The notes below the pieces were generated by a model. That model was given only the letters and a program-made list of their open reading frames with translations, ran no database searches and had not been told where the DNA came from. Of a stretch of DNA of 64,000 nucleotides, positions 43,590-53,513 are shown piece after piece. How positions within the stretch are numbered: the stretch's first letter is position 1; each line of letters begins with the position of its first letter. This stretch comes from a bacterium (GTDB lineage Bacteria > Patescibacteriota > Patescibacteriia > UBA1558 > UBA10009): positions 736,977 through 800,976 of the forward strand of contig JABHGM010000001.1 in the NCBI GenBank assembly GCA_018672055.1, read 5' to 3'. The translations under genes were made by a program, and so were the position numbers.

Positions 43590-44786
43590 TTAATTCAATT
43601 GATTCTTATAATTTTCAATATCTGAATAATATCTAGACATATTTTCTTCTTTAATAGCTTCACCTGGAGGTAATACTTCATACCTAGCATCTATCTTAGT
43701 ACCATACTTTACCATTTCATAATGTAAATGAGGACCAGTTGATAGACCAGTTGATCCAACATAACCTATTATCTCACCTTGAACTACTTTTTGACCATAC
43801 TTAACTATTATCCTGGACTGATGAGCATAGTTAGTTGAGTAAGTAGCATTATGTCTAATTTTAGTTAAATTACCATAGCCTCCACTATTCCAACCAGCAA
43901 ACATAACTGTACCATCACCTACTGCTCTAATTGGGGTACCTGAGGCTGCTGCATAATCTAGAGCCCTGTGATTAGTACATAACTGATAATATGATAAACA
44001 TCTAAGACCAGTAGTAAAACCAGATGATATATATTTATATTGTATAGGCGCTTTTAGAAACATCTTCTGTACTGAGTTGCCCTCAGGGTCGAAATATCCC
44101 TTATTCTCATCATGTTCTTCAAAATAGTATATTCTATGCTCAGTTCCAGCATTAACGTACAAGGAAGCGAGTATTTTACCTGGCATCACATATTCATTAT
44201 CTCTATACCTTTCTTCATAAATAAACTTAAAAGTGTCACCTACACGTGGATCTATAGCAAAATCTATATTCCATTGATAAGCATCAGCTAAATCAATTAT
44301 TACCCTAACATCAATATCATTATCTAAAGCTGTTTGATACATAGAAGTAATAAGTTCGCCTTCACTTGTTTTAATACGTATTTCATAAGGTATATCTTTT
44401 CTTTCAGCAACCCATTCATTACCTTCTAAAGTAACAAATAATTCTTCTTCAGTATCAATTTGATAGACAAGCTTTTTAAATTTATTAGATTCAATATCAT
44501 AATACAGATCAAGAGATCTATCAGTTCTAATTTTAACTAAATCATATACTTCCTCTGAAGCTTTAAGTATTTGTGCAGTAACTGTACTTGGTACTCCATT
44601 ATCACTCATTAAAGCGCCAAAGGTAGAGTTAGGTGTTATCTCTATACTCTCCAGTCTTTCAGTAATAATAGGTTCTTTAATATCTAAAGCATCATCACTT
44701 TTTAAATTAGATTGATTATTGAGTAATAAAAAAATAGCTATAGCTACTAGAAATATGATACTTATATATATTCTAATGTTTTTCAT
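43590..44786 (-). CDS. M23-family (LytM-like) metallo-endopeptidase with an N-terminal anchor.
   Basis: HxxxD-like region plus TGLSTGPHLHYEM (the M23 HxH motif). Confidence 0.75.
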   Translation of the reverse strand: MKNIRIYISIIFLVAIAIFLLLNNQSNLKSDDALDIKEPIITERLESIEITPNSTFGALMSDNGVPSTVTAQILKASEEVYDLVKIRTDRSLDLYYDIESNKFKKLVYQIDTEEELFVTLEGNEWVAERKDIPYEIRIKTSEGELITSMYQTALDNDIDVRVIIDLADAYQWNIDFAIDPRVGDTFKFIYEERYRDNEYVMPGKILASLYVNAGTEHRIYYFEEHDENKGYFDPEGNSVQKMFLKAPIQYKYISSGFTTGLRCLSYYQLCTNHRALDYAAASGTPIRAVGDGTVMFAGWNSGGYGNLTKIRHNATYSTNYAHQSRIIVKYGQKVVQGEIIGYVGSTGLSTGPHLHYEMVKYGTKIDARYEVLPPGEAIKEENMSRYYSDIENYKNQLN

Positions 44787-44837
44787 AAGGTTATGTTATT
44801 CTAGCATAAAACTAAAACAACACAAAGCATAAAGAAA

Positions 44838-45110
44838 TCAAGATATAGATATATTTAATTTTACATCTAGGGCTTTAGTAATTTTATTTAAAAAAGATAT
44901 GGTAGGGTTATATGAACCTTGTTCAAAACGAGAAATAGCTGATTGCTTAGTGCCAACCTTTTTAGCTAATTGTGCTTGTGTTAAACCTGATTTTATCCTC
45001 TTTTCAATTATTTTCTGAATAATAATAAACTCTGGTTCTAAATTATTATAAGCATTCTTAACTACCTTATCTTTTAAAATTTCTTTTTTAAAATTTGTAT
45101 ATTTTTTCAT
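44838..45110 (-). CDS. XRE-family HTH protein, HigA-like antitoxin.
   Basis: GLTQAQLAKKVGTKQSAISRFEQG HTH. Immediately downstream of the gp49-like toxin. Confidence 0.55.
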   Translation of the reverse strand: MKKYTNFKKEILKDKVVKNAYNNLEPEFIIIQKIIEKRIKSGLTQAQLAKKVGTKQSAISRFEQGSYNPTISFLNKITKALDVKLNISIS

Positions 45111-45138
45111 ATATTTTAAGTATAACGTATATGTTATA

Positions 45139-45444
45139 TTATGTCAACTCTTTTTTTCGAATATATGCTAAATTAATTTCTTTTTTAGGAATTTGATTAC
45201 TTTTCTTTACTATCCCATGTAGGATTATTATATTGTTATTATAAAAAATATAGAATAATCTAACCTCTTGACTACCACGAATTCTTAATTCAAATAATCC
45301 TTTACCTAATGGTTTACTATGAGGTAATGGTAATTTATAATTAAATTCTTCTAATAAATCTAAAACTCGTAAGACTTTAGCTATAATTTCTTTATTTAAT
45401 GATTTTATAAAATCGCTTATTTCTTTATCTATTAAAATGTCCAT
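45139..45444 (-). CDS. HigB/Gp49-like (RelE superfamily) toxin.
   Basis: KPLGKGLFELRIRGSQEVRLFYIFYNNNIIILHGIVKK matches the phage Gp49/HigB family pattern. Confidence 0.55.
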   Translation of the reverse strand: MDILIDKEISDFIKSLNKEIIAKVLRVLDLLEEFNYKLPLPHSKPLGKGLFELRIRGSQEVRLFYIFYNNNIIILHGIVKKSNQIPKKEINLAYIRKKELT

Positions 45445-45516
45445 ATAAATACAAAAAAGTCACATAATGTGACCCTTTATATATCTAACTTATCATAAAA
45501 TGATAATCTGTCAAAT

Positions 45517-45591
45517 TGGTACCGCCTAGGGGAATCGAACCCCTGTTACCGGAATGAGAATCCGGCGTCCTAGCCACTAGACGAAGGCGGC
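45517..45591 (-). tRNA. tRNA-Glu (anticodon CUC), 75 nt with an encoded CCA.
   Basis: Manual fold of GCCGCCTTCGTCTAGTGGCTAGGACGCCGGATTCTCATTCCGGTAACAGGGGTTCGATTCCCCTAGGCGGTACCA. 7-bp acceptor stem (G1-U72 wobble), D-arm, anticodon stem CCGGA/TCCGG with loop TTCTCAT, T-arm AGGGG-TTCGATT-CCCCT. Close to canonical tRNA-Glu. Confidence 0.8.
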
Positions 45592-45596
45592 AAATA

Positions 45597-46871
45597 TTAT
45601 TGCCAATCAATAGTTTGTCTAACAAGTAACTCTTTTGCTTTATCCGGCTCAGCCATTAATTCTTTTGTAATTTGCTCCATCCTAGCACCCTGAGAACCTT
45701 TAATCAAGACTATATCATTCTCATGTAATCTATTTTGAATAAAAGTACCTGCTTCTTTATTTGTTGCAAAGTAAAATATATTATCTTCACTCATACCTTG
45801 TTCCTTAGCTCCACGCACTATGTCACGAGATCTTTCACCAACACATATTAATGTATCGATATTTGATTCAGATGCTTTAGCTCCTACTTCTTGATGCCCA
45901 GCTTCAGTATAACTACCTAGCTCTAACATTTCACCAAGTATAGCTATTTTTTTACCACTACCTCTTATAGCAACATCTTTTAATATATTTAAAGCAGCTT
46001 TTGAAGATATAGGTGATGAGTTATATGTATCATCTATTAATAATGTATTTTTAATTCCTTTCAGTAAATTAGTTCTACCTGGAGGTACTTTATATTTTCC
46101 AAAATCATCAATTAGCTCAAGTAGATTTACTTTTAAAGATATGCCAACAGCTAAAGCGGCTAGTGCTGCTTTAACTTGTATTGAACCTAAAACATTATTT
46201 AAAAATACAGGTATTACTTTACCATCAATTTCTAATTTAAATGAGGTACCAATATTATTTTCTTTAAATGATAATTTAATATCAGATGCTTTAAATGTAG
46301 AATCATCAGTTAAACCATAGGTAACAATTTTAGCTTTAGTCATGGTTTTCATTTTCATAACATTTGGATCATCACTATTTAGTATAGCTAAGTGACTTGT
46401 CTTTAAATGTTTTACTATTTCACCTTTTTCAGAAATAATATTTTCGAGTGTCTCGAAATATTCAAAATGAACTTTAGATACAGCAGTAACTACAGAAATA
46501 TCACATGGTACCATATCAACTAAGTATTTAATATCCCCTACTTTATCTGCGCCCATTTCTAGTACTAGCATTTCTGGATAATCATTATCTTTTTTAATGA
46601 TAAGCTTAAGTGCTTTAAAAAATATACCTAACCATTTAAATATATTACTATTTCCAGACTTAGAACCTATTATAGTTAGAGGTACACCTATTTCATTATT
46701 ATAATTCTTTATATTACGTCTAACCATAAAATTACCTCTTAAAAGAGCATATATTGCTTCTTTAGTAGAAGTTTTACCTACTGACCCAGTTATACCAATA
46801 ACTAAAGGACGATATTTCTTCAATATCTTAGTAGCTAACGTTTTAAGGATTTTAAATAGTATTTTCTTCAT
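45597..46871 (-). CDS. murF: Mur ligase, most likely UDP-MurNAc-tripeptide:D-Ala-D-Ala ligase MurF.
   Basis: ATP-binding GITGSVGKTSTKE. Mur ligase middle and C-terminal domains. Located within the dcw context. Confidence 0.65.
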   Translation of the reverse strand: MKKILFKILKTLATKILKKYRPLVIGITGSVGKTSTKEAIYALLRGNFMVRRNIKNYNNEIGVPLTIIGSKSGNSNIFKWLGIFFKALKLIIKKDNDYPEMLVLEMGADKVGDIKYLVDMVPCDISVVTAVSKVHFEYFETLENIISEKGEIVKHLKTSHLAILNSDDPNVMKMKTMTKAKIVTYGLTDDSTFKASDIKLSFKENNIGTSFKLEIDGKVIPVFLNNVLGSIQVKAALAALAVGISLKVNLLELIDDFGKYKVPPGRTNLLKGIKNTLLIDDTYNSSPISSKAALNILKDVAIRGSGKKIAILGEMLELGSYTEAGHQEVGAKASESNIDTLICVGERSRDIVRGAKEQGMSEDNIFYFATNKEAGTFIQNRLHENDIVLIKGSQGARMEQITKELMAEPDKAKELLVRQTIDWQ

Positions 46872-46948
46872 ATAACTAATATATCATTAAATAAAAAAAG
46901 GACAAGTGCCTTTATTTTAGTTTTTGTTTTAGTATGAGTTTAATAAAT

Positions 46949-47563
46949 TTAACATAAACTAAAAGAATCTATTAATTTACGACAAGTACAGCCATCACCT
47001 AATTGAAATATAGCTATTTTATTTGACATAAATTCAACAGGAAACTTAATAGTTTCACCTAGATTTTCAAATTCAAGACAACTAAGTGTTATATGCGGAT
47101 TATAATTTTGATTGGAATATAAATCATAGAAATTATTTATTACCTTATTTGATGATTTACTTATCCCAGTTATGTCACCTTCTGCTAACATATCAGGAGA
47201 CTCATATTTAATATATTTATCTGACACACTATTTATTATTTTCTGATGTAATTTTTGTACTTCATCAGTAATACCTATATTAATAATTACTCTTTTTCCA
47301 TAATGTCTTTCTCTAATATCAAACTTTTCTAAATTTAAATGTAATGGTTTTTGATTATTAGAAACTTCTTTAACTATTTCAATAATATCAGCTATATCTT
47401 CTTCGCTACAGCAACCAATTGCTAAAGATATATGTGGTACTATATAATCTTTGCTAAGCTGAAATCTACCTTTGTCATGCTTAAAAGCTTCTTTATTTAT
47501 ATCAATACATAAATCAATTACTTCGTCAGATGGTAATAATACTATGCCTATTGCTTTATTCAT
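46949..47563 (-). CDS. 2H phosphoesterase superfamily protein (LigT/ThpR-like).
   Basis: Two H-x-[ST]-x motifs: VPHISLAIG and NPHITLSCL. Confidence 0.5.
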   Translation of the reverse strand: MNKAIGIVLLPSDEVIDLCIDINKEAFKHDKGRFQLSKDYIVPHISLAIGCCSEEDIADIIEIVKEVSNNQKPLHLNLEKFDIRERHYGKRVIINIGITDEVQKLHQKIINSVSDKYIKYESPDMLAEGDITGISKSSNKVINNFYDLYSNQNYNPHITLSCLEFENLGETIKFPVEFMSNKIAIFQLGDGCTCRKLIDSFSLC

Positions 47564-47575
47564 AAGAAACTTATT

Positions 47576-49324
47576 TTAATTATATGCTGGGGGTACTTGT
47601 AAGTAATTAAGTAAAAACTGAGATATTTCACCAAATAATGGAGCAGCAGATGATGAAGCAAATTCAACGCTCTTTGGATGGTTTAATTTAATTAACATAA
47701 CAAATTTAGGATCTTGAACAGGCGCAAAACCAACAAATGAATGAATTGACTTATCAATTGAGTATTTACCTGTTTCAGAATCAGCAACTTGAGCTGTACC
47801 AGTTTTACCAGCTATGTAATAACCATGAACACCTGCACGTTGTGCATGACCATATTTTACAACAGAGGCAAGCATAGCAGATAGGGTTTGAGCTGTTTGA
47901 TTAGTTATTACTTGCCTGATCATAGTAGGGTCAGTTTTTTCTTGTCTGCCATCAGGATGAATTATTTCTTCAACAATATATGGCTTCATTAATTTACCTT
48001 GATTAGCAATAGCAGCAAATGAATTAATTACTTGAAGTGGTGTAGCTGTAATACCCTGTCCATATGAGGCTGTAGCCATAAATATTTCATTAGGGTAACT
48101 TAAATTCTTAATATCTCCATTTCTTTCTGTTTCTAAACGTATATCAGTTAAATCACCATAACCGAAATTATAGAAATAATTTTTAAAAATATCAGGTCCT
48201 ATTTGACGTGCTGCATAAATAGCTCCAGTATTTAAAGACTCTTCTAAAACTTGTGTCATATTTTTAAGACCATGAGCTTCGCCATCAGAGTTATGAATTG
48301 TAAAACCAGATATTTCAACTGTACCTGTATCAATATATGTAGTAGCTGGAGTAACACCTCCTATATCTACTGCAGCAGCCATAGTAATACCTTTAATCAT
48401 AGAACCTGGCTCATATGGTTCAAAAATAGCACGATTATTATATACTTCAATATTTTCTACTTCATTATAATTATTTGGATTAAAATCAGGATAATTACAC
48501 ATAGCCATAATAGCTCCAGTTTCAGGATCCATAATTATAACACTACCATCCTCTGCGCCATGCTTTAGAACTGTAGCTTCCAAAGCAGAACAAGCAAAGA
48601 ATTGAATAGCTCTATCAATAGTTAAAACAATATTTGCTCCATTAACTTGATCTGCTTTAAGCCTACCACCAATTGGAATTAATCTACCAACAGCATCACG
48701 TTCAAATTCGTAAGTTCCTGATGAACCAGCAAGTTCATCTTGCCAATATCCTTCAATACCATATCTACCAACTAAATCATCACCTTGATAGCCCACAAAG
48801 CCAAGTACCTGAGAGCCAATGTTTTCTTCAGGATAAAATCTAAATACTTCTTCTTGAAAACGTATACCTTCAAGTTCAAGTGATTCTATCTCTAATTTCT
48901 TTAAATCATCTAACTTATGTTTTAAAGGCTCATAAATATCATCTTCTTTACTTAAACGATATAATAAGGTGTCTTCTTCCATTTCTAGAATAGGTGCTAA
49001 GAGCTTAGAATAAGCCAAAGGATTTTTAACTTGATTAGGAACAGCGTAAGCTAAAAAATATTTACGATTTAAAGCAACAGGATAAAGTACATCTTCCCCA
49101 GCTTCCCTGTCATGAATTAGAATAGTACCTCTTTCTGGATTTAATTTAGCCAGGGCTAAATGTTGTTCTTCAGCTAAAGCTAAGTACTTATTATGATTAA
49201 TAACCTGCAAATTAAATAATTTTAAAATAGTAAGTGCAGTTAATAAAAAAAAGACTATACTAATGATAGTTAAACGATCTGCGGAAATAAGAAAAGATCT
49301 TGATTGTCCGTTATATTGATTCAT
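47576..49324 (-). CDS. ftsI: Class B penicillin-binding protein (FtsI/PBP2-type transpeptidase).
   Basis: N-terminal TM and dimerisation domain. SxxK (GSMIK), SxN (SLN), KTGT (GKTGTA). Confidence 0.8.
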   Translation of the reverse strand: MNQYNGQSRSFLISADRLTIISIVFFLLTALTILKLFNLQVINHNKYLALAEEQHLALAKLNPERGTILIHDREAGEDVLYPVALNRKYFLAYAVPNQVKNPLAYSKLLAPILEMEEDTLLYRLSKEDDIYEPLKHKLDDLKKLEIESLELEGIRFQEEVFRFYPEENIGSQVLGFVGYQGDDLVGRYGIEGYWQDELAGSSGTYEFERDAVGRLIPIGGRLKADQVNGANIVLTIDRAIQFFACSALEATVLKHGAEDGSVIIMDPETGAIMAMCNYPDFNPNNYNEVENIEVYNNRAIFEPYEPGSMIKGITMAAAVDIGGVTPATTYIDTGTVEISGFTIHNSDGEAHGLKNMTQVLEESLNTGAIYAARQIGPDIFKNYFYNFGYGDLTDIRLETERNGDIKNLSYPNEIFMATASYGQGITATPLQVINSFAAIANQGKLMKPYIVEEIIHPDGRQEKTDPTMIRQVITNQTAQTLSAMLASVVKYGHAQRAGVHGYYIAGKTGTAQVADSETGKYSIDKSIHSFVGFAPVQDPKFVMLIKLNHPKSVEFASSSAAPLFGEISQFLLNYLQVPPAYN

Positions 49325-49339
49325 GTAATTAAAGTTGTC

Positions 49340-49681
49340 TTAATCTTTTTTAGCTACAGGACCTTTAGGTAAAACATAATCAAAATTGTCAGCTAAAACC
49401 ATATTCAATTGAGCTGAACTAATTTCTTTAATGCGTGGCAATGATTGTAACAAAGTAGCTCTACTTTGTAAATCACGATGCTCTTCTTTAAGCTCTTGAA
49501 TTGCCATTTGCATTTTAGCAATTTCATAACCTTTGGTATTTACATCATTAACTACAACTAAATACGAGAGTAAACTAGTTAATAATAAACAGAATATTAA
49601 AATTCTGAAATTATTAATAAAACCTACTGCTCCTTTTGTATTCTTTAATTTTGAAAACAAAGAAAATTTTGTTTTAGTCAT
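49340..49681 (-). CDS. FtsL-like cell-division protein (TM plus coiled coil).
   Basis: 113 aa with a single TM and a heptad region. Position between rsmH and ftsI. Confidence 0.5.
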   Translation of the reverse strand: MTKTKFSLFSKLKNTKGAVGFINNFRILIFCLLLTSLLSYLVVVNDVNTKGYEIAKMQMAIQELKEEHRDLQSRATLLQSLPRIKEISSAQLNMVLADNFDYVLPKGPVAKKD

Positions 49682-49696
49682 ACTTTTTATTTTTGT

Positions 49697-50674
49697 TTAT
49701 ATTACTTCAAAAGCTCTTAATTTTGCACTCCTGCTACGTGGATTATTTTTAATCTCTAGAGTAGTCGGAGTAATTGGCTTTTTAGTAATTATTTTTACTT
49801 TTTTCTTTTTATTACATCTACAAACAGGTATTTCTACTGGGCAGATACATTCTTTTGCTTCATAGTTAATGAATTTTTTTACAATTCTATCTTCTAATGA
49901 ATGAAAGGATATAACTACTACCCTAGCACCTGATGGTAAAATATTTAAAATATTTTCTAAACTATTTTCTAAAACTCCTAACTCATTATTTACAGCAATG
50001 CGTAATGCTTGAAAGATACGAGTAGCTGGATGAGTCTTAGAACGACCGGAGTAGCGGCTTCGATAAACTTGATTTACTATTGAGGTTAAATCCGAAGCCG
50101 CATCAAAAGGAGTTTCTTCTCGAAAGAGAATTATTTTATTAGCAATTTTAGTTGCTAATCGTTCTTCACCAAATTCTTTAAATATTTTTATTAAATCTTC
50201 CTTCTTATAATTATTTAAAATGTAATTTGCAGTTAGATCCGTATCAGGACCAAAACGCATATCTAGCGCTTCTTTTGATTGGTAACTAAAACCACGTGGT
50301 TCTTCAGGTTCCATTTGAGCTGACGATACGCCCAAATCAAGTAAAAGGCCATTAATGTGTAAATTATTTCTTTGTCCATTTTTATTTTTATTTAAATATT
50401 TATTTATGTTTTGATACGAGTCATTTATTAGAGTAACTCGTTTATTATATTTTTTTAACTTTTTACCTGCTTCTTCAATTGCTCTGGGATCTCTATCAAA
50501 GCCAATTAACTTACCTTGAGGTATAGTATTTTTTAATATTTCATAAGCATGTCCTCCTCCGCCAATAGTACCATCAATTACATTGTAATTACTTTCTAAA
50601 TTTAAATACTTTAAAACTTCTTTAACTAAAACTGGTTTATGTATATACTTCATATTTTTAAACACCAAGTTCAC
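49697..50674 (-). CDS. rsmH: 16S rRNA (cytosine1402-N4)-methyltransferase RsmH (MraW).
   Basis: HKPVLVKEVL, DGTIGGGGHA, FHSLEDRIVK motifs. Confidence 0.85.
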   Translation of the reverse strand: MNLVFKNMKYIHKPVLVKEVLKYLNLESNYNVIDGTIGGGGHAYEILKNTIPQGKLIGFDRDPRAIEEAGKKLKKYNKRVTLINDSYQNINKYLNKNKNGQRNNLHINGLLLDLGVSSAQMEPEEPRGFSYQSKEALDMRFGPDTDLTANYILNNYKKEDLIKIFKEFGEERLATKIANKIILFREETPFDAASDLTSIVNQVYRSRYSGRSKTHPATRIFQALRIAVNNELGVLENSLENILNILPSGARVVVISFHSLEDRIVKKFINYEAKECICPVEIPVCRCNKKKKVKIITKKPITPTTLEIKNNPRSRSAKLRAFEVI

Positions 50675-51089
50675 CTAAAGCTTCAGCAATATTAGAACTA
50701 TCTTTTTCAGTACTAGCTTTATACTTTTCCCAAGCCTTTTCTTCCCATATTTCCAAACGATTCATAAGACCAGTTACAATTACCTTTTTACTAAGTGAAG
50801 CAAATTTCTTTAAATAATCTGGCAAAATAATTCTACCTTGTTTATCGAGTGATACATCCATAGCTCCGGCTAACATTAATCTAGAAAAAGCACGAGTATT
50901 TGATTGACTAATAGGTAGCTTAGATAATTTTAAAGCTAATTCTTCCCATTCTTTTTTAGTATATAAAAAAAGGCAGTTATCTAAACCTTTAGTAACTACG
51001 CAACCTTTAGCTAATACTGCTCTAAATTTAGCAGGAACAGCTAACCTATTCTTTGAATCAATTGTATGCTGATATTCTCCGATGAACAT
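50658..51089 (-). CDS. mraZ: Transcriptional regulator MraZ.
   Basis: MFIGEYQHTIDSKNRLAVPAKFR with a duplicated DxxxR core. Overlaps the rsmH start. Confidence 0.85.
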   Translation of the reverse strand: MFIGEYQHTIDSKNRLAVPAKFRAVLAKGCVVTKGLDNCLFLYTKKEWEELALKLSKLPISQSNTRAFSRLMLAGAMDVSLDKQGRIILPDYLKKFASLSKKVIVTGLMNRLEIWEEKAWEKYKASTEKDSSNIAEALGELGV

Positions 51090-51145
51090 AATTATTACTC
51101 AAAACCTCTATTTTAATTAAGTTATACCCAGTTCACAATGATTAT

Positions 51146-51195
51146 CCCCACATTTATCCACTTTTAACCACTGTATGTACATAATACCCCACTAA
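51146..51195 (-). promoter_or_regulatory. MraZ-box-like direct repeats: GTGG(G) at 10-bp spacing on the minus strand, upstream of mraZ.
   Basis: Plus strand CCCCACATTT/ATCCACTTTT/AACCACTGTA plus CCCCACTA. Its reverse complement gives GTGG-N6 repeats about 60-100 nt upstream of the mraZ ATG. Resembles the known MraZ operator (tandem TGGGN repeats at helical spacing). Confidence 0.45.
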
Positions 51196-51308
51196 GATAT
51201 ATTACGCAACCCCTTTTCACCACCAAAACTGTGAATAACTTAAGTTATGCCATTTTTTAAATAAAAAAACAACGTTTTAAATAATTAACGTTATTTTTTA
51301 AATAGTGT

Positions 51309-51947
51309 CTATTTAATTCCTAAAATTTCTTTAAATTCATTTATATTACGTGCTATATAATTTGGGTTTGCTTTTTTTATCTTTTCTTCATCTTGTAGCC
51401 CCCAGGTTACTGAAATAGATATTAAAGATAATTCATTACTTACATCTGCTTCATTGTCAGTATCCCCTACAAAAATTGTTTCTTTAGGAGCTAAGCCATA
51501 TTTATCTATTATTCTCTTAACACCATTTAACTTATTATGCGCCCCAAACTCTATCTCAGTAAAAATATTTTCTAAATCAAAAGAAACTATTTCACTAGTA
51601 ATGTTTACTAAAGGATCAGAACTTACTACAAACATATTCTTATTTAATCTCTTACATTCTTTTAAAACTTCAACTATACCTGAATATGAGTACGGATGAT
51701 GCTCTTTAATAATTTCATTATAGTATTTCTTATATAACCTCTGCTCTTCTTTTAGAGATAAATCTGGTAAATATTTATTATAAAATAACATAAATGGTTG
51801 TATCCATTCTCTTCTAAACTCTTCAGAAGTAATTTCTGGGACATTAAAATGTTTAAATAACTTATTAGCAGTAAGTAATGTAGTCTCCCAATTATCATTA
51901 ATTACTCCAGACCAATCAAATATTATATTTTTATATTCTTCTTTCAT
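51309..51947 (-). CDS. HAD-superfamily hydrolase.
   Basis: IIFDWSGVIND (motif I, DxD-like) and a downstream VGDTDNEADV (motif IV). Confidence 0.6.
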   Translation of the reverse strand: MKEEYKNIIFDWSGVINDNWETTLLTANKLFKHFNVPEITSEEFRREWIQPFMLFYNKYLPDLSLKEEQRLYKKYYNEIIKEHHPYSYSGIVEVLKECKRLNKNMFVVSSDPLVNITSEIVSFDLENIFTEIEFGAHNKLNGVKRIIDKYGLAPKETIFVGDTDNEADVSNELSLISISVTWGLQDEEKIKKANPNYIARNINEFKEILGIK

Positions 51948-51948
51948 G

Positions 51949-53148
51949 TTATTTATATGATTCTTGATTAATTGAACGTAGAAATAATATCTCTACAATA
52001 ACAGCAAATGCCATAATAACCAAAACATATTGTAATTGTTGAACAGCTAGACTACCAACAAAAAGTAATAATACATAACTTGAGCCTCTACCAAATAAGA
52101 TACCAAACCATTCACGTATCACAATGTACTCTACTCTATGATGAGTGTAATCATCAATTTGATGTACTAAGTTTTCACTAATAACTCTTTTTGGAATTTG
52201 TAAAAATAGACTACCTAATTCTTTAACAATACCGAATATAATATATGTTAAAAGAATTGGAAAGCCAATTAAAGATAAAATAGAAACAAAAAATAACAAA
52301 CCACCAATCGTTGCAAAATTCTTGTAATGTTTGTAATTAATATGCCTACCAAATAATACAGCCAAGAATGCAGAAATCAAAGCAAAAAAAGATAACCAGC
52401 CACCAAGTTCAAACTCATTTTGTAATATATCAAATATAAGTAATGGTAATAATATTCTTAACAATGCACCAGCACGACCAAAACCACCTAAAAAATAAAC
52501 TATCATAGATTTTTGCAAGTCTTTATGCTTCATTATTTCTTTAATAGTTTTTCTTAGATGTAACTTAGTATGAGTACTTTTAGGCAATGGTATATTACCA
52601 ATAAAAAATGATACTAAATATAGGAAAGAACCAAGTAAAAAAACATTACCATAACCATAATTATAAAAATTCTGAACAATTATATACCCACCAAGTATTG
52701 GTAATATTATTCCAATAACTGTACCAATAGCTTTTTCTGTACCAGTGTAATTACCACGATTAGATGTCTTAGTATAATCAAATCTAAAAATATGATAACT
52801 AATCCAATACATTCCATTAAAAAAACCAAAGCCCATAGCAATAGGTATTAAATGCTCTATAGCCCTGTCACCTAATAAAAAAATACTAAAGTATACTGAA
52901 GCACATCCTATTATCCCTAATTTTCTAGGAAAATGCATTACTCCCTTTTTTACTAAACTAGCAAATACAGTAAAAGAAAAAGTATGAATTAATAAATAAG
53001 TAATATAGAATGTAGCAACTAGATTAATGTCTTTAGTTTCAGACCAAATAAAAACACTCATAAATAAACCAAAAAATACTTTACCAGCTACAAAAAAACT
53101 ATGAGCTGTTAATAATCTTTTTACATATGGTTGTGAAATACTATTCAT
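51949..53148 (-). CDS. Polytopic membrane transporter-like protein (MFS-like).
   Basis: 399 aa with about 11-12 TM. Confidence 0.45.
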   Translation of the reverse strand: MNSISQPYVKRLLTAHSFFVAGKVFFGLFMSVFIWSETKDINLVATFYITYLLIHTFSFTVFASLVKKGVMHFPRKLGIIGCASVYFSIFLLGDRAIEHLIPIAMGFGFFNGMYWISYHIFRFDYTKTSNRGNYTGTEKAIGTVIGIILPILGGYIIVQNFYNYGYGNVFLLGSFLYLVSFFIGNIPLPKSTHTKLHLRKTIKEIMKHKDLQKSMIVYFLGGFGRAGALLRILLPLLIFDILQNEFELGGWLSFFALISAFLAVLFGRHINYKHYKNFATIGGLLFFVSILSLIGFPILLTYIIFGIVKELGSLFLQIPKRVISENLVHQIDDYTHHRVEYIVIREWFGILFGRGSSYVLLLFVGSLAVQQLQYVLVIMAFAVIVEILFLRSINQESYK

Positions 53149-53513
53149 TTTTTAGCTTTAGTTATATTAGGCTCCTTGCCATATTTAGGAATAACAGGTT
53201 TAAATTCTTTAGATATTTTAACTTGAGATATATCTTGATCTACTTTAAGCTCCATAACTGGAATATGTAAACTCCAAGCAAGAGCATTAGCTGTACTAAC
53301 ACCTATTCTAAGTGCAGAGAAAGCACCAGGTCCAGAAACTACATAAATAGCCTCTAACTTTTTTAAATCATGAACCACCTTATCAATCATTTTTAAAAGA
53401 AGTTCAGACTGTTTTAGATTCTCATTACTTATTTTCTCTTTAACAAGCTTGTTATCTAAAAAAAGTTTAACTTCAATTAAATCAGTTTTAGAGGTATTAA
53501 TATATAATATCAT
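53145..53513 (-). CDS. tsaB: TsaB (YeaZ)-like protein, N-terminal half only.
   Basis: ILYINTS...VVSGPGAFSALRIGVSTANALAW matches the TsaB N-terminal ASKHA fold. Only 122 aa against about 220 typical. Confidence 0.5.
   Translation of the reverse strand: MILYINTSKTDLIEVKLFLDNKLVKEKISNENLKQSELLLKMIDKVVHDLKKLEAIYVVSGPGAFSALRIGVSTANALAWSLHIPVMELKVDQDISQVKISKEFKPVIPKYGKEPNITKAKK

Noticed and set aside
48251-48568. 105-aa plus-strand ORF
   Set aside because: Antisense to ftsI.
49533-49865. 110-aa plus-strand ORF
   Set aside because: Antisense to ftsL and the rsmH 3' end. Hydrophobic low-complexity.
51454-51699. 81-aa plus-strand ORF
   Set aside because: Antisense to the HAD hydrolase gene.
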